39,336 nt of DNA, taken from the IMG/VR virus record IMGVR_UViG_3300032321_000391, positions 1 through 39,336 of that record, one strand, 5' to 3'. A model generated the notes under the pieces. It worked only from the letters and a program-made list of their open reading frames with translations, searched no databases and was not told where the DNA came from. The position numbers and the translations under genes are program-made. This DNA comes from a virus (Duplodnaviria; Caudoviricetes). This document shows, in pieces, positions 27,922 through 35,655 of this stretch (position 1 is the first letter of the stretch; the number at the start of each line of letters is the position of its first letter).

Positions 27922-28086
27922 ATGGATGCACGATACGCAATGGCGGATGCATACAAGGCGCTACGCCGTGCACACATGGAGGTTGCAGAGTTTGAGGCAG
28001 AGATAAACAACTGCACAGATTCAGAGCATGCATATCGCATCGCCCTCAAGTGGCAAGCGATTGCAAATAAGAAAGTTGTGGCTTAA
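27922..28086 (+). CDS. 54-aa hypothetical protein (not in ORF track)
   Basis: MDARYAMADAYKAL...KKVVA*; GAGG RBS, abuts upstream stop. Confidence 0.65.
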   Translation: MDARYAMADAYKALRRAHMEVAEFEAEINNCTDSEHAYRIALKWQAIANKKVVA

Positions 28087-28089
28087 GAC

Positions 28090-28272
28090 ATGAACTCAAC
28101 ATGTGAGGATTGCAACAGCCCAACCCGCATCACCCTCGCCCCTTATGGGATGAGATTCATGGCAGAGATTGCATGTCCTAAATGTGGCGTGTCTTACGAC
28201 ACAAACATTGACGACACCGACATTGAAGCCATCAAGAAATCATTACTTAAGACAGAGGAGGTGACAGCATGA
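28090..28272 (+). CDS. Small zinc-ribbon protein
   Basis: CEDC...CPKC. Confidence 0.65.
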   Translation: MNSTCEDCNSPTRITLAPYGMRFMAEIACPKCGVSYDTNIDDTDIEAIKKSLLKTEEVTA

Positions 28273-28406
28273 AGATTAACTTTAACCTTTACGGGTCTAG
28301 TGGATACATCTCTAACAACACACTAGACGAGATTGAATTTGAAAGATTCCGCACCATCGCGGAGAGTTTCAAACAGGTGATTAAGATTGAGAAAGTTGAG
28401 TCTTAA
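28269..28406 (+). CDS. 45-aa hypothetical protein (not in ORF track)
   Basis: MKINFNLYGSSG...EKVES*; GGAGG RBS, ATGA overlap. Confidence 0.65.
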   Translation: MKINFNLYGSSGYISNNTLDEIEFERFRTIAESFKQVIKIEKVES

Positions 28407-28420
28407 GACAGAAGAATAAA

Positions 28421-28477
28421 TGTGATGCAAATCACAGCCCTAAATGCTTGACGAGCACGAGGTGAGCAAGGCACCAT
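28421..28477 (+). promoter_or_regulatory. Early promoter 3 with CRP-type box
   Basis: TGTGAtgcaaaTCACA 28421-28436; AAATGC-TTGACG (28448-28453), 18 nt, CACCAT. Confidence 0.7.
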
Positions 28478-28542
28478 TAGGGCACAAGATAAAGCAGGGA
28501 TAGCCCCCGCATTATCGGCACCACATACGACAGGAGAAGCAA

Positions 28543-29106
28543 GTGAAGAAAGCAGAACTGAAAGCGGGCGTTGCTTACTATGCAACCTCTCAGAATAACC
28601 ACATGAACACCTATCAAGATGCAATCTACAAGACACACAAGCAACACGAACGCAACCGTTTTTATGTAATCTTTGATACAGACGGACAGCCTAAGACTTC
28701 ATACAGAAGCGCGAGTGTGATTTACATGACCAACTGCCCGACCTATGGGCATGATTGCTTAAGACACAAGAAAGAAGATAGCAATTTAATTAACTGCTAC
28801 CGCAACGAGTTCCGACTCATGGACATCCGCGATGAATACTGGGCGGTAATCAAGCGCATGCATGAACAGCGCAAAGCACAACCAACCAAGGACATCAGAG
28901 CCGAACGCCTACGCCGTATCGCCAAGCGCAATCAAACAAAACAAGAAGAACCAATCAAGGCAGAATTCTATTCTGTCTTAAGTCAGGTTACTGGAGACTA
29001 CTGCTCATCATGGCACACACTAGGTGGGTTCAGTGTTGAGGAGATGGCAAAGATTACCAAGGCACTCAAGGCAAGCATGCCATCAGTGATGGCGGTGGCA
29101 TCGTGA
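28543..29106 (+). CDS. Hypothetical early protein
   Basis: 187 aa, GACAGGAGA RBS before GTG. Confidence 0.7.
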   Translation: MKKAELKAGVAYYATSQNNHMNTYQDAIYKTHKQHERNRFYVIFDTDGQPKTSYRSASVIYMTNCPTYGHDCLRHKKEDSNLINCYRNEFRLMDIRDEYWAVIKRMHEQRKAQPTKDIRAERLRRIAKRNQTKQEEPIKAEFYSVLSQVTGDYCSSWHTLGGFSVEEMAKITKALKASMPSVMAVAS

Positions 29107-29240
29107 CCGAGACAATCTGCGGAGACTGCCTTATCCCCCTATCCACATGCCAACATGCAAAAGATTATGTCTTAAGTAATAACGACAAAAAGATTTTGCG
29201 TTTGATTGCATCAAGCCTTGCAACGAAAGGATTGAAATGA
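29103..29240 (+). CDS. 45-aa Cys-containing peptide (not in ORF track)
   Basis: MTETICGDCLIPLSTCQH...; GTGA and ATGA overlaps at its ends. Confidence 0.55.
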   Translation: MTETICGDCLIPLSTCQHAKDYVLSNNDKKILRLIASSLATKGLK

Positions 29241-29398
29241 AACTTAACAAGCGAGGCAAGCGAGTGCGTTCTGTCTTAATACTTATCATCATAATCGGTG
29301 GCGTTTGGTTCACATCAACACACCACAAAGTCTATGGCAACTGCCACACCACAGTAGATGGCAGGGTCTGCGACCTAATCAGATGGGAGAAAAACTAA
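29237..29398 (+). CDS. 53-aa single-TM protein (not in ORF track)
   Basis: MKLNKRGKRVRSVLILIIIIGGVWF...; basic N-terminus plus TM helix, AAGGA RBS. Confidence 0.7.
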   Translation: MKLNKRGKRVRSVLILIIIIGGVWFTSTHHKVYGNCHTTVDGRVCDLIRWEKN

Positions 29399-29637
29399 TG
29401 AGCAGACAACATCACTATGCGATTATGTTTGACGAAGAAACAAATCGTTGGAGCATAGACATAGACACAGAAGAAAAAGTTTTTTACGAAGGCTCTATCT
29501 ACAACACAGCAACTCGCAAGTGGGAGTATGGGTATGCAGGTGACGGCAACTTCATCGGCAGAGAACAAGAACTTACCGAAGCGATAAGCAAATTCCTAGA
29601 TAAACAAAATGAATTGTTACTTAAGACAGAGATGTGA
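29398..29637 (+). CDS. Hypothetical early protein
   Basis: ATG 29398 (TAATG coupling, GGAG RBS). Confidence 0.65.
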   Translation: MSRQHHYAIMFDEETNRWSIDIDTEEKVFYEGSIYNTATRKWEYGYAGDGNFIGREQELTEAISKFLDKQNELLLKTEM

Positions 29638-29688
29638 CCAACATCACACCACAAATGCTTGACTTACTATGCCAACGAGTGGCAAAGT
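29633..29688 (+). promoter_or_regulatory. Early promoter 4 with CRP-type box
   Basis: TGTGAccaacaTCACA 29633-29648; AAATGC-TTGACT (29659-29664), 18 nt, TGn-CAAAGT. Confidence 0.7.
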
Positions 29689-29717
29689 AATCACTACCAA
29701 CTAGACAGGAGAACAAG

Positions 29718-30086
29718 ATGAGCAATACAACAGGGCACACAGATGCCAACGGACAGGGCACCATCGTTATACCCGTGGAGTTAGACCGCAAGGAACTATG
29801 GGGTGCGGTGATGGGTTCAGCCTTTGAATCTTTCGGTGACCACTGGCAAGAGATTGAATACCTAAGCGGTAATTGGGATGACCCAACCAGCAAGGTGCGG
29901 ATGGTATGTCACAATGATAAGTACGAAAATGTAGAAAAGATAATCACGATTGACGACATAGCCTTGGCACTACCTATCGCAAACAAGAAAGTTTACATGG
30001 ACTTGTTTGACTTTGACCAATACGATGCAATCTGCGGTGATGCTGTCTTACAGGTGGCTGTCATTGGCGATGTGATATTCGGTTAG
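29718..30086 (+). CDS. Hypothetical acidic early protein
   Basis: 122 aa, AGACAGGAGA RBS; ends DAICGDAVLQVAVIGDVIFG. Confidence 0.7.
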   Translation: MSNTTGHTDANGQGTIVIPVELDRKELWGAVMGSAFESFGDHWQEIEYLSGNWDDPTSKVRMVCHNDKYENVEKIITIDDIALALPIANKKVYMDLFDFDQYDAICGDAVLQVAVIGDVIFG

Positions 30087-30096
30087 GACTTAAGAC

Positions 30097-30243
30097 ATGA
30101 ACTCACTAGAGATGAAAGCCACACGCACCCTTGCTAAGCGAGCAAGAGAGCAACGAAACGCCAGCACAAATGACAAAGACTTTGATTACTGGCATGCGAT
30201 AATGGAACAGTACGAAAACAAACTACAGACAGGAGATAAGTAA
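30097..30243 (+). CDS. 48-aa hypothetical protein (not in ORF track)
   Basis: MNSLEMKATRTLAKRAREQR...; fills the gap between two genes. Confidence 0.6.
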   Translation: MNSLEMKATRTLAKRAREQRNASTNDKDFDYWHAIMEQYENKLQTGDK

Positions 30244-30244
30244 C

Positions 30245-30526
30245 ATGGCAATACATGAAGTAGAACTAAAAGGAATACAGGTCGGAGCATTACTTAAGAC
30301 AGAAACTGCATACGACAAAGACATGAACCTCACCTTTGATGGCAAAGAGATACGAGTTATCCTGCATTGGGATGACCACGATGGCTTTGATATTCAATGG
30401 CTTGACCTTGAAGGTAGATGGATTCAACAGCCAGCATGGGCAGATAGGATTGAGGAAGAAGGCACCATGAGTGTTGGGTATTACCTTGATTCATTGGAGG
30501 CACACACCAAGAAGGAGATGCCATGA
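30245..30526 (+). CDS. Hypothetical acidic early protein
   Basis: 93 aa, AGACAGGAGA RBS. Confidence 0.7.
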   Translation: MAIHEVELKGIQVGALLKTETAYDKDMNLTFDGKEIRVILHWDDHDGFDIQWLDLEGRWIQQPAWADRIEEEGTMSVGYYLDSLEAHTKKEMP

Positions 30527-30699
30527 CTATCCTCATGCAATGCTTAGGTTGTGGCACAGTAGTGACCAACCCCAAGGTAATGAACTACATGTATGAGAAG
30601 TGCGATTACTGCACAGATAAGCAGAAAGAGATGGAAGAAAAAGCAATAGATAGTTTCTTGCATGCCGAAGCCGAGAGAAAGTTGGACAGTAATGCGTAA
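30523..30699 (+). CDS. 58-aa zinc-finger peptide (not in ORF track)
   Basis: MTILMQCLGCG...CDYC...; AAGGAG RBS, ATGA overlap. Confidence 0.65.
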   Translation: MTILMQCLGCGTVVTNPKVMNYMYEKCDYCTDKQKEMEEKAIDSFLHAEAERKLDSNA

Positions 30700-31132
30700 T
30701 GACTTAAGACAGATACACCCACATGCCCGACTGTGGATAGCAACAGTAATTATCTTAGGACTAATCTTAGTTCTTAAGCCAGCATCAAAGTTCATGGCAC
30801 CACCACATGGCAAGGTGATTGCTTACTATCAGAACGATTACCAACGCTATGCCTTAGACAAACTGATAGAGCGCAACCAACTAGAACAATACCCCTGCCT
30901 CTATGAATTGTGGATTAAGGAATCCAACTGGCGACCGCAAGCACTAAACAAATCAAGCAAGGCATCAGGTATCGCACAACTAAAGCCAAGCACATGGCGC
31001 AACATCAACACCATCCCCACGCAAGACGGTTACAAGCAGGTAGATGCTGGACTCAAGTACATAGATAGACACTATGGCAAGAACAGTATCTGCAAGGCAT
31101 ACGCTCACCATCTTGCGATGGGGTGGTACTGA
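30692..31132 (+). CDS. Membrane-anchored lytic transglycosylase (SLT-like)
   Basis: TM helix then CLYELWIKESNW (catalytic Glu), ASGIAQ, GLKYIDRHYG, GWY. Confidence 0.8.
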   Translation: MRNDLRQIHPHARLWIATVIILGLILVLKPASKFMAPPHGKVIAYYQNDYQRYALDKLIERNQLEQYPCLYELWIKESNWRPQALNKSSKASGIAQLKPSTWRNINTIPTQDGYKQVDAGLKYIDRHYGKNSICKAYAHHLAMGWY

Positions 31133-31476
31133 TGTTTAAGATTAAATTCTTTCGTGTATTAAGTCAGACTAACCCACGCTATAAAGGTTCAGATACTGTC
31201 AGTTATCAGTTGAAGTATGACCCTGAGAAGTGGAAGGGTGCATCGTGTGCTGGTATAGATACGGAGTTCTTCTATCCACAACAGGATAAGTTTGAGGCAG
31301 GTGAGGCTGAGTTACTCAAGCGTATCTGTGTGGACTGCCCCGTTATGGAGGCGTGCCTTGAGTGGGGCATAGCCATGGAAAGGTATGGAGTATGGGGTGC
31401 AACGACACCCTTTGAACGGTTTGCTATCCGTAAGCGACACAACATCATGGTCAATGAGCCTAAGCAAAACCCGTGA
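31132..31476 (+). CDS. whiB: WhiB-family transcription factor
   Basis: C...FFYP...CVDCPVMEAC...GVWG: four-Cys Fe-S signature with GVWG turn. Confidence 0.9.
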   Translation: MFKIKFFRVLSQTNPRYKGSDTVSYQLKYDPEKWKGASCAGIDTEFFYPQQDKFEAGEAELLKRICVDCPVMEACLEWGIAMERYGVWGATTPFERFAIRKRHNIMVNEPKQNP

Positions 31477-31488
31477 TATAGTTCCAAG

Positions 31489-31577
31489 GTTCACCAGCCC
31501 CTACGAAGGGGAAGCGTGGAGGTTGGTGAACATAGAAAAGCCCATCAGATTCTCTCCTGTCTCTGGTGGGTTTCTCT
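31489..31577 (+). ncRNA. Candidate small RNA: two hairpins, the second a terminator with an anti-RBS loop
   Basis: TGaTATAGT at 31474-31482; stems 31489-31499/31521-31531 and 31539-31549/31562-31572 use G-U pairs only on the + strand; loop TTCTCTCCTGTC. Confidence 0.6.
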
Positions 31578-32115
31578 ATGTATTAAGACCCAACTCTTTA
31601 GCCAACATAAATACTTCATCACTTAAATCTTCTAATGTTCCATCGTTATAGATAACATGACTAAACATATAGTTATCCATTGCATGTTCAGATGGATGAT
31701 GATTAACTGCGGTGTTATTCCTGCGGTTGATACGCCACACAGTACCGCCTAACTTCTTGATTGCATCAGCCTCATTAGGAAAGCGCACATCACTGATAAC
31801 AACACGGTCATCCTGTCTTAAGTCAGACAGTGACATTTTAATCCACACATCATCGCCTAACATCTTGCGCCCAAAGTCAGTGCCCAGTACCTGTAATAGA
31901 CGGCGAACTTCTGGATTCTTCTTAGCAATATCCCAGCCATAGTCATCTACATAATCGGAGACACGAGTGATGCTATCTAATCGTGGGTTAATAATCTGTA
32001 ACGCATGGCGCATCGGGTCAGCAAATGCTCGCCGTTTGTAATCGTAATTAAGACACAACAATTCTGCCGTTGCATCTTTGCCTGACTGTGCGTATCCACT
32101 CAATCCGATTATCAT
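31576..32115 (-). CDS. Deoxynucleoside monophosphate kinase
   Basis: IIGLSGYAQSGKD P-loop, FADP, RRLLQVLGT, VISDVRFPNE, HPSE. Confidence 0.88.
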   Translation of the reverse strand: MIIGLSGYAQSGKDATAELLCLNYDYKRRAFADPMRHALQIINPRLDSITRVSDYVDDYGWDIAKKNPEVRRLLQVLGTDFGRKMLGDDVWIKMSLSDLRQDDRVVISDVRFPNEADAIKKLGGTVWRINRRNNTAVNHHPSEHAMDNYMFSHVIYNDGTLEDLSDEVFMLAKELGLNT

Positions 32116-32762
32116 TGTTCTTCCTTATCTGGTCTGCGATACCTACGGTTATTCCATTGTGGTTGCTCACCACCTAGTCTCTCTTGCAACTTAGTAAGCG
32201 CACGAGATACACGCTTACGGATAGCCTCATCACTAACTGAATACTCAAGGGCTAGTGCATCTATATCCATGCCACCATCTGCGAACCTACGATTCAACAG
32301 CAGGTTGTCCTGCTCATTTAGTTTCTTAAGACCGAACGCCACATCAGATAGCATAGCCTCACGATTCATGCCCTCACTAGGTTTACTAGATGTAGAGATG
32401 AACTCATCTCGTGGTGTAGATGATGCAGACCATGACTCATACGCCCACACATCCTTGAGTAACTCTTGTAGTATCTCATGTGTGTAATAGAAAGCATCCG
32501 ATGGCATTGACTTAGCCCGATGTGCTCTTTCTTTAGCAGCAAACTTCTGTGCCTCATTGTTAAAGGTACGCTTGAGTTTAAAGATGAGTGAGTCTTGCCC
32601 TTCCCACTCCTCAATCTTATGCCAATGTTCTAGTGCCCATAGGTTAAGGTGTTGGAACACATCATCAGCAGTGACTAGGTTGCGATGGATACGGGTGCAT
32701 CTAGTAGCCGAGGCACGAGCACACCGATAGACAACTTCCCATAGTGCATCCTTCTCAGTCAT
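32112..32762 (-). CDS. Sigma-factor-like protein (region-4 HTH)
   Basis: ADDVFQ region-2-like segment and C-terminal LALEYSVSDEAIRKRVSRALTKL HTH. Confidence 0.7.
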   Translation of the reverse strand: MTEKDALWEVVYRCARASATRCTRIHRNLVTADDVFQHLNLWALEHWHKIEEWEGQDSLIFKLKRTFNNEAQKFAAKERAHRAKSMPSDAFYYTHEILQELLKDVWAYESWSASSTPRDEFISTSSKPSEGMNREAMLSDVAFGLKKLNEQDNLLLNRRFADGGMDIDALALEYSVSDEAIRKRVSRALTKLQERLGGEQPQWNNRRYRRPDKEEQ

Positions 32763-33141
32763 CCTTTAGTTTCCTCGTTGCCTCTAGTAAATCATCAACT
32801 GTAATGAGATAACCCTTGCTTCTATTCGGGGGAATCTCACAAGTAATCTCTCTACCACCATGTCTTAAGGCATAGTGTACATGAGAACGAGGAACCATGA
32901 CCACACCATGCTCTAATACAAACGCCCAATAGTCTGCCTCACTTGTCATTAAACCTGATGGCTCCCATGACTGCGACCTCTGATACCAACACTCAACTTC
33001 TACATAAAGATTGTTAGTCATGTGCCACTTGCGGTCACGCTTTACTTCTACTGTCTTACCTTGGGTGAGCAGTTCTTCTACTAAGTTCTCGCCACCTTTA
33101 CCGTAGCCAAAATCTAAATCAAAGGAGGATAGGTTAGCCAC
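32755..33141 (-). CDS. Putative PD-(D/E)XK-fold protein
   Basis: VEVKRD...NLYVE...SGLMTSEADYW. Confidence 0.55.
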   Translation of the reverse strand: MANLSSFDLDFGYGKGGENLVEELLTQGKTVEVKRDRKWHMTNNLYVEVECWYQRSQSWEPSGLMTSEADYWAFVLEHGVVMVPRSHVHYALRHGGREITCEIPPNRSKGYLITVDDLLEATRKLKDD

Positions 33142-33760
33142 CTATGCCTGCTCGTTTATGTAATCCTTCTGCACCTTCGGCAAGATACACATCATTAACA
33201 TCCTGACCTTCGGGCATAAAGACAGGGAACACATTGTCTAGTTCACGACTAAGGTTCTTAGCCATCTCACGACCAGCGTTGTCACCATCACATAGTAGGA
33301 TTACTTTATCCCAGTCAGCCAACACACGGGCATAAAAAGATTTCCAGTTGTTGGCACCAGGTAATCCAATGGCAGTGAACCCAGCCTGTGTTGCAATGAC
33401 TGTATCTAATTCACCTTCACATACAACCAACGATGTTGTATCATCATTGAGTGCGTTGATATTAAAGATGTGAGTCGTAGCCCCTGGGCGAGACATGTAC
33501 TTCGGTCCACTTGCATCCTGACTTAAGGCACGAAAGCGTATGTCAATACAACCTGATGGTGTTAGGTATGGGATAGATAACTTACCAGCGTATGGCTCGT
33601 GTCCAATCTCAGGATTGTTTACGAAGCCGAGGCGAAACATACGAGCCGTTGCTTCCGTTATACCGCGACTCCCCAGATACGGAAGAATCTCCCCTATGTT
33701 TTGAGCGTAGTTCTCCGTTGCTCTCTCCAGTAATTCTCTCTGCGATTTGCTTAGCCTCAT
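33134..33760 (-). CDS. DNA primase, Toprim domain
   Basis: VCEGELD, GLPGA, DGDNAG, DVND. Confidence 0.85.
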   Translation of the reverse strand: MRLSKSQRELLERATENYAQNIGEILPYLGSRGITEATARMFRLGFVNNPEIGHEPYAGKLSIPYLTPSGCIDIRFRALSQDASGPKYMSRPGATTHIFNINALNDDTTSLVVCEGELDTVIATQAGFTAIGLPGANNWKSFYARVLADWDKVILLCDGDNAGREMAKNLSRELDNVFPVFMPEGQDVNDVYLAEGAEGLHKRAGIGG

Positions 33761-33989
33761 TGAAAGTCACTCCTTCTTTCTTCATAATGATTGAGTACAC
33801 ATCGCCAGCCATGTCGCAGCCGAAACATCTGAACCCACCGTTTTCTGTATTAAGACGGGCAGATTTTACTCTGTCTCCGTGAAAGGCGCAACGAACTGTT
33901 ATCCAGCCACGCTTGCCTTGAGGTATATCAAATCCATAGTGTTTTAATACTTTGGCAAGGTCATGCTTAGAGTTTTGCAATAGCATCAC
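33609..33989 (-). CDS. DNA primase zinc-binding (CHC2) domain, separate ORF
   Basis: CAFHGD...SA...FRCFGC...GD. Confidence 0.8.
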   Translation of the reverse strand: MMLLQNSKHDLAKVLKHYGFDIPQGKRGWITVRCAFHGDRVKSARLNTENGGFRCFGCDMAGDVYSIIMKKEGVTFNEAKQIAERITGESNGELRSKHRGDSSVSGESRYNGSNGSYVSPRLRKQS

Positions 33990-34332
33990 TGAGCCTTTGT
34001 ACTACATAGGACTCCTCAATGCCTTTGTTAGAAGCCTTGATGATAACCAATGGCGTTGGTGCTACCTTTAATTTCTTAGCGATGCGATAGTTCTCTGCCT
34101 CTACCTGCGCTTCACGAATCCAGCCAGATAAATCTACCTTGCCATCACGCCGTGGTGCTTTGGCTTCAATAACATACGCATCATTTACTGTCTTAAGAAA
34201 GACATCACCTATGTCATTGCGACCAGCACGAGGTAAGCGTTGCGCCTCATACTCCTCGTCAATAAACCAATCAGCAAGGTCAATCTCAAATGCTGCACCT
34301 CTACGCTTGTTACTCTTTTGTGGTGTCGTCAT
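33967..34332 (-). CDS. Holliday junction resolvase (Hjc-like PD-(D/E)XK)
   Basis: KRRGAAFE...DIGD...IEAK; ATG 34332. Confidence 0.75.
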   Translation of the reverse strand: MTTPQKSNKRRGAAFEIDLADWFIDEEYEAQRLPRAGRNDIGDVFLKTVNDAYVIEAKAPRRDGKVDLSGWIREAQVEAENYRIAKKLKVAPTPLVIIKASNKGIEESYVVQRLSDAIAKL

Positions 34333-35056
34333 TAGCCTTCTCCTGTTGTGCTCGTTGAGATGCTTCTGCTGCTGACCAATACAATGAGTAATAAGATTCA
34401 TCATAAGCAAAGCGCTTCATGTGTTTAACTCGTGCACCTGTGTGTGCATGCACCTTGACACCTGCTGCTTTTAGTTTACGGAAGAACACAATGTCCTCAC
34501 CAATAAACTTTTCACCAAGGTTCTCAACCTCAGCAAACATTGACTGGTCTGGAAACTTCTGTCTTAAGTGAGGAACTACACTGCGATGCATGAGCGTAAG
34601 CCCAAGCCCTGCATTATCTACCTCAATGATTTCATTGGCTGGTAGTGGATGGATGTAACGGATATTAAACTCATTACCTGTCTCATTAAATAGCGCAGGC
34701 ATAGGTTGCATCAGTGATGACTCCATCTGCTTAGAGATAAAGTAAACACCCGATACCACTGGTCGCGTTGCTTTGTCTGCTGTTTTCCATAGCATCTCAA
34801 GCACATCAAGGGTAAGCACAATGTCTGAGTCAACCCATAACAACCAATCAGTCTTTACATTGTCATACCACATATCAAGTAGCGCTTGTCGCTGTCTGCC
34901 AATCTGATTACCTTGTACTCGGATGGCATTATGCACACCCAACTTACGGGTAGGTGCTGTGATGGTGGTGTACATCAAACCTTCTGCAAACTTGCCATCC
35001 ACCATACCGTTATCGCACCAACCGATAGATAAAGTTTCATTAGAACTGTGTGCCAT
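34310..35056 (-). CDS. GT-A fold glycosyltransferase-like protein
   Basis: WLLWVDSD (DxD), AGLGLTLMHR, GEDIVFF, VKHMK. Confidence 0.75.
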   Translation of the reverse strand: MAHSSNETLSIGWCDNGMVDGKFAEGLMYTTITAPTRKLGVHNAIRVQGNQIGRQRQALLDMWYDNVKTDWLLWVDSDIVLTLDVLEMLWKTADKATRPVVSGVYFISKQMESSLMQPMPALFNETGNEFNIRYIHPLPANEIIEVDNAGLGLTLMHRSVVPHLRQKFPDQSMFAEVENLGEKFIGEDIVFFRKLKAAGVKVHAHTGARVKHMKRFAYDESYYSLYWSAAEASQRAQQEKANDDTTKE

Positions 35057-35399
35057 TGGTATCCTCTGTCTCGTCTAGTACCTTAAGTGCGCCTTCGCCC
35101 ATAACTTTAAATGAACTGGACATATTCATTAACTGTTCTGCAATATCCTCAACACACTCTCTGCCATGGTCCTCAGTGAGATGCTTGCCTAATTGCTCAA
35201 CATAATCTGCAAACTGAATAGCCTCTAGCCAAATAGTATTAGGGTCATATACTTGTTTAGTTGCTTCATCTATCTGCTCTATAACATTGGGTAACTCAGA
35301 GAGTATTACTTCCTGAATCTCCGTTGGTACCTTCATCTTTTTTAACATCTTGCTCACTGCCTCTGGTGAAAGAGACGATTCCCCCACTGATATATGCAT
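35040..35399 (-). CDS. Hypothetical acidic helical protein
   Basis: Open frame; start uncertain, overlaps the upstream gene. Confidence 0.55.
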   Translation of the reverse strand: MHISVGESSLSPEAVSKMLKKMKVPTEIQEVILSELPNVIEQIDEATKQVYDPNTIWLEAIQFADYVEQLGKHLTEDHGRECVEDIAEQLMNMSSSFKVMGEGALKVLDETEDTNGTQF

Positions 35400-35646
35400 C
35401 GTATTCTTCTTCGGTGAGGTCCAAGAACGCACCGCTTTCTTTATTCTGCCAAACAAGTGCTCTCCATCCCACGGTATATGAAAGTGTGCGAGGTACAACC
35501 ATAAGTTGTGCCTTAATATCTGTAAGTAATGTCTTAGTTGCTACCACTACATCATCTTTAACTTCTTTAGCGGGGATTTCTCCTGCGTTTTCTACTACCT
35601 TTAAAGTCCAAGGACTGTCCAACTTCTCCATGTATAACTCGCCCAT
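35296..35646 (-). CDS. Hypothetical protein
   Basis: AAGGAG RBS before ATG 35646. Confidence 0.65.
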   Translation of the reverse strand: MGELYMEKLDSPWTLKVVENAGEIPAKEVKDDVVVATKTLLTDIKAQLMVVPRTLSYTVGWRALVWQNKESGAFLDLTEEEYDAYISGGIVSFTRGSEQDVKKDEGTNGDSGSNTL

Positions 35647-35655
35647 CTTATCTCC

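Noticed and set aside
26419-30710. CRISPR array or integron attC array formed by the CTTAAGAC repeats
   Set aside because: Repeats are only 8-14 bp, irregularly spaced and often inside genes; no integrase or cas operon
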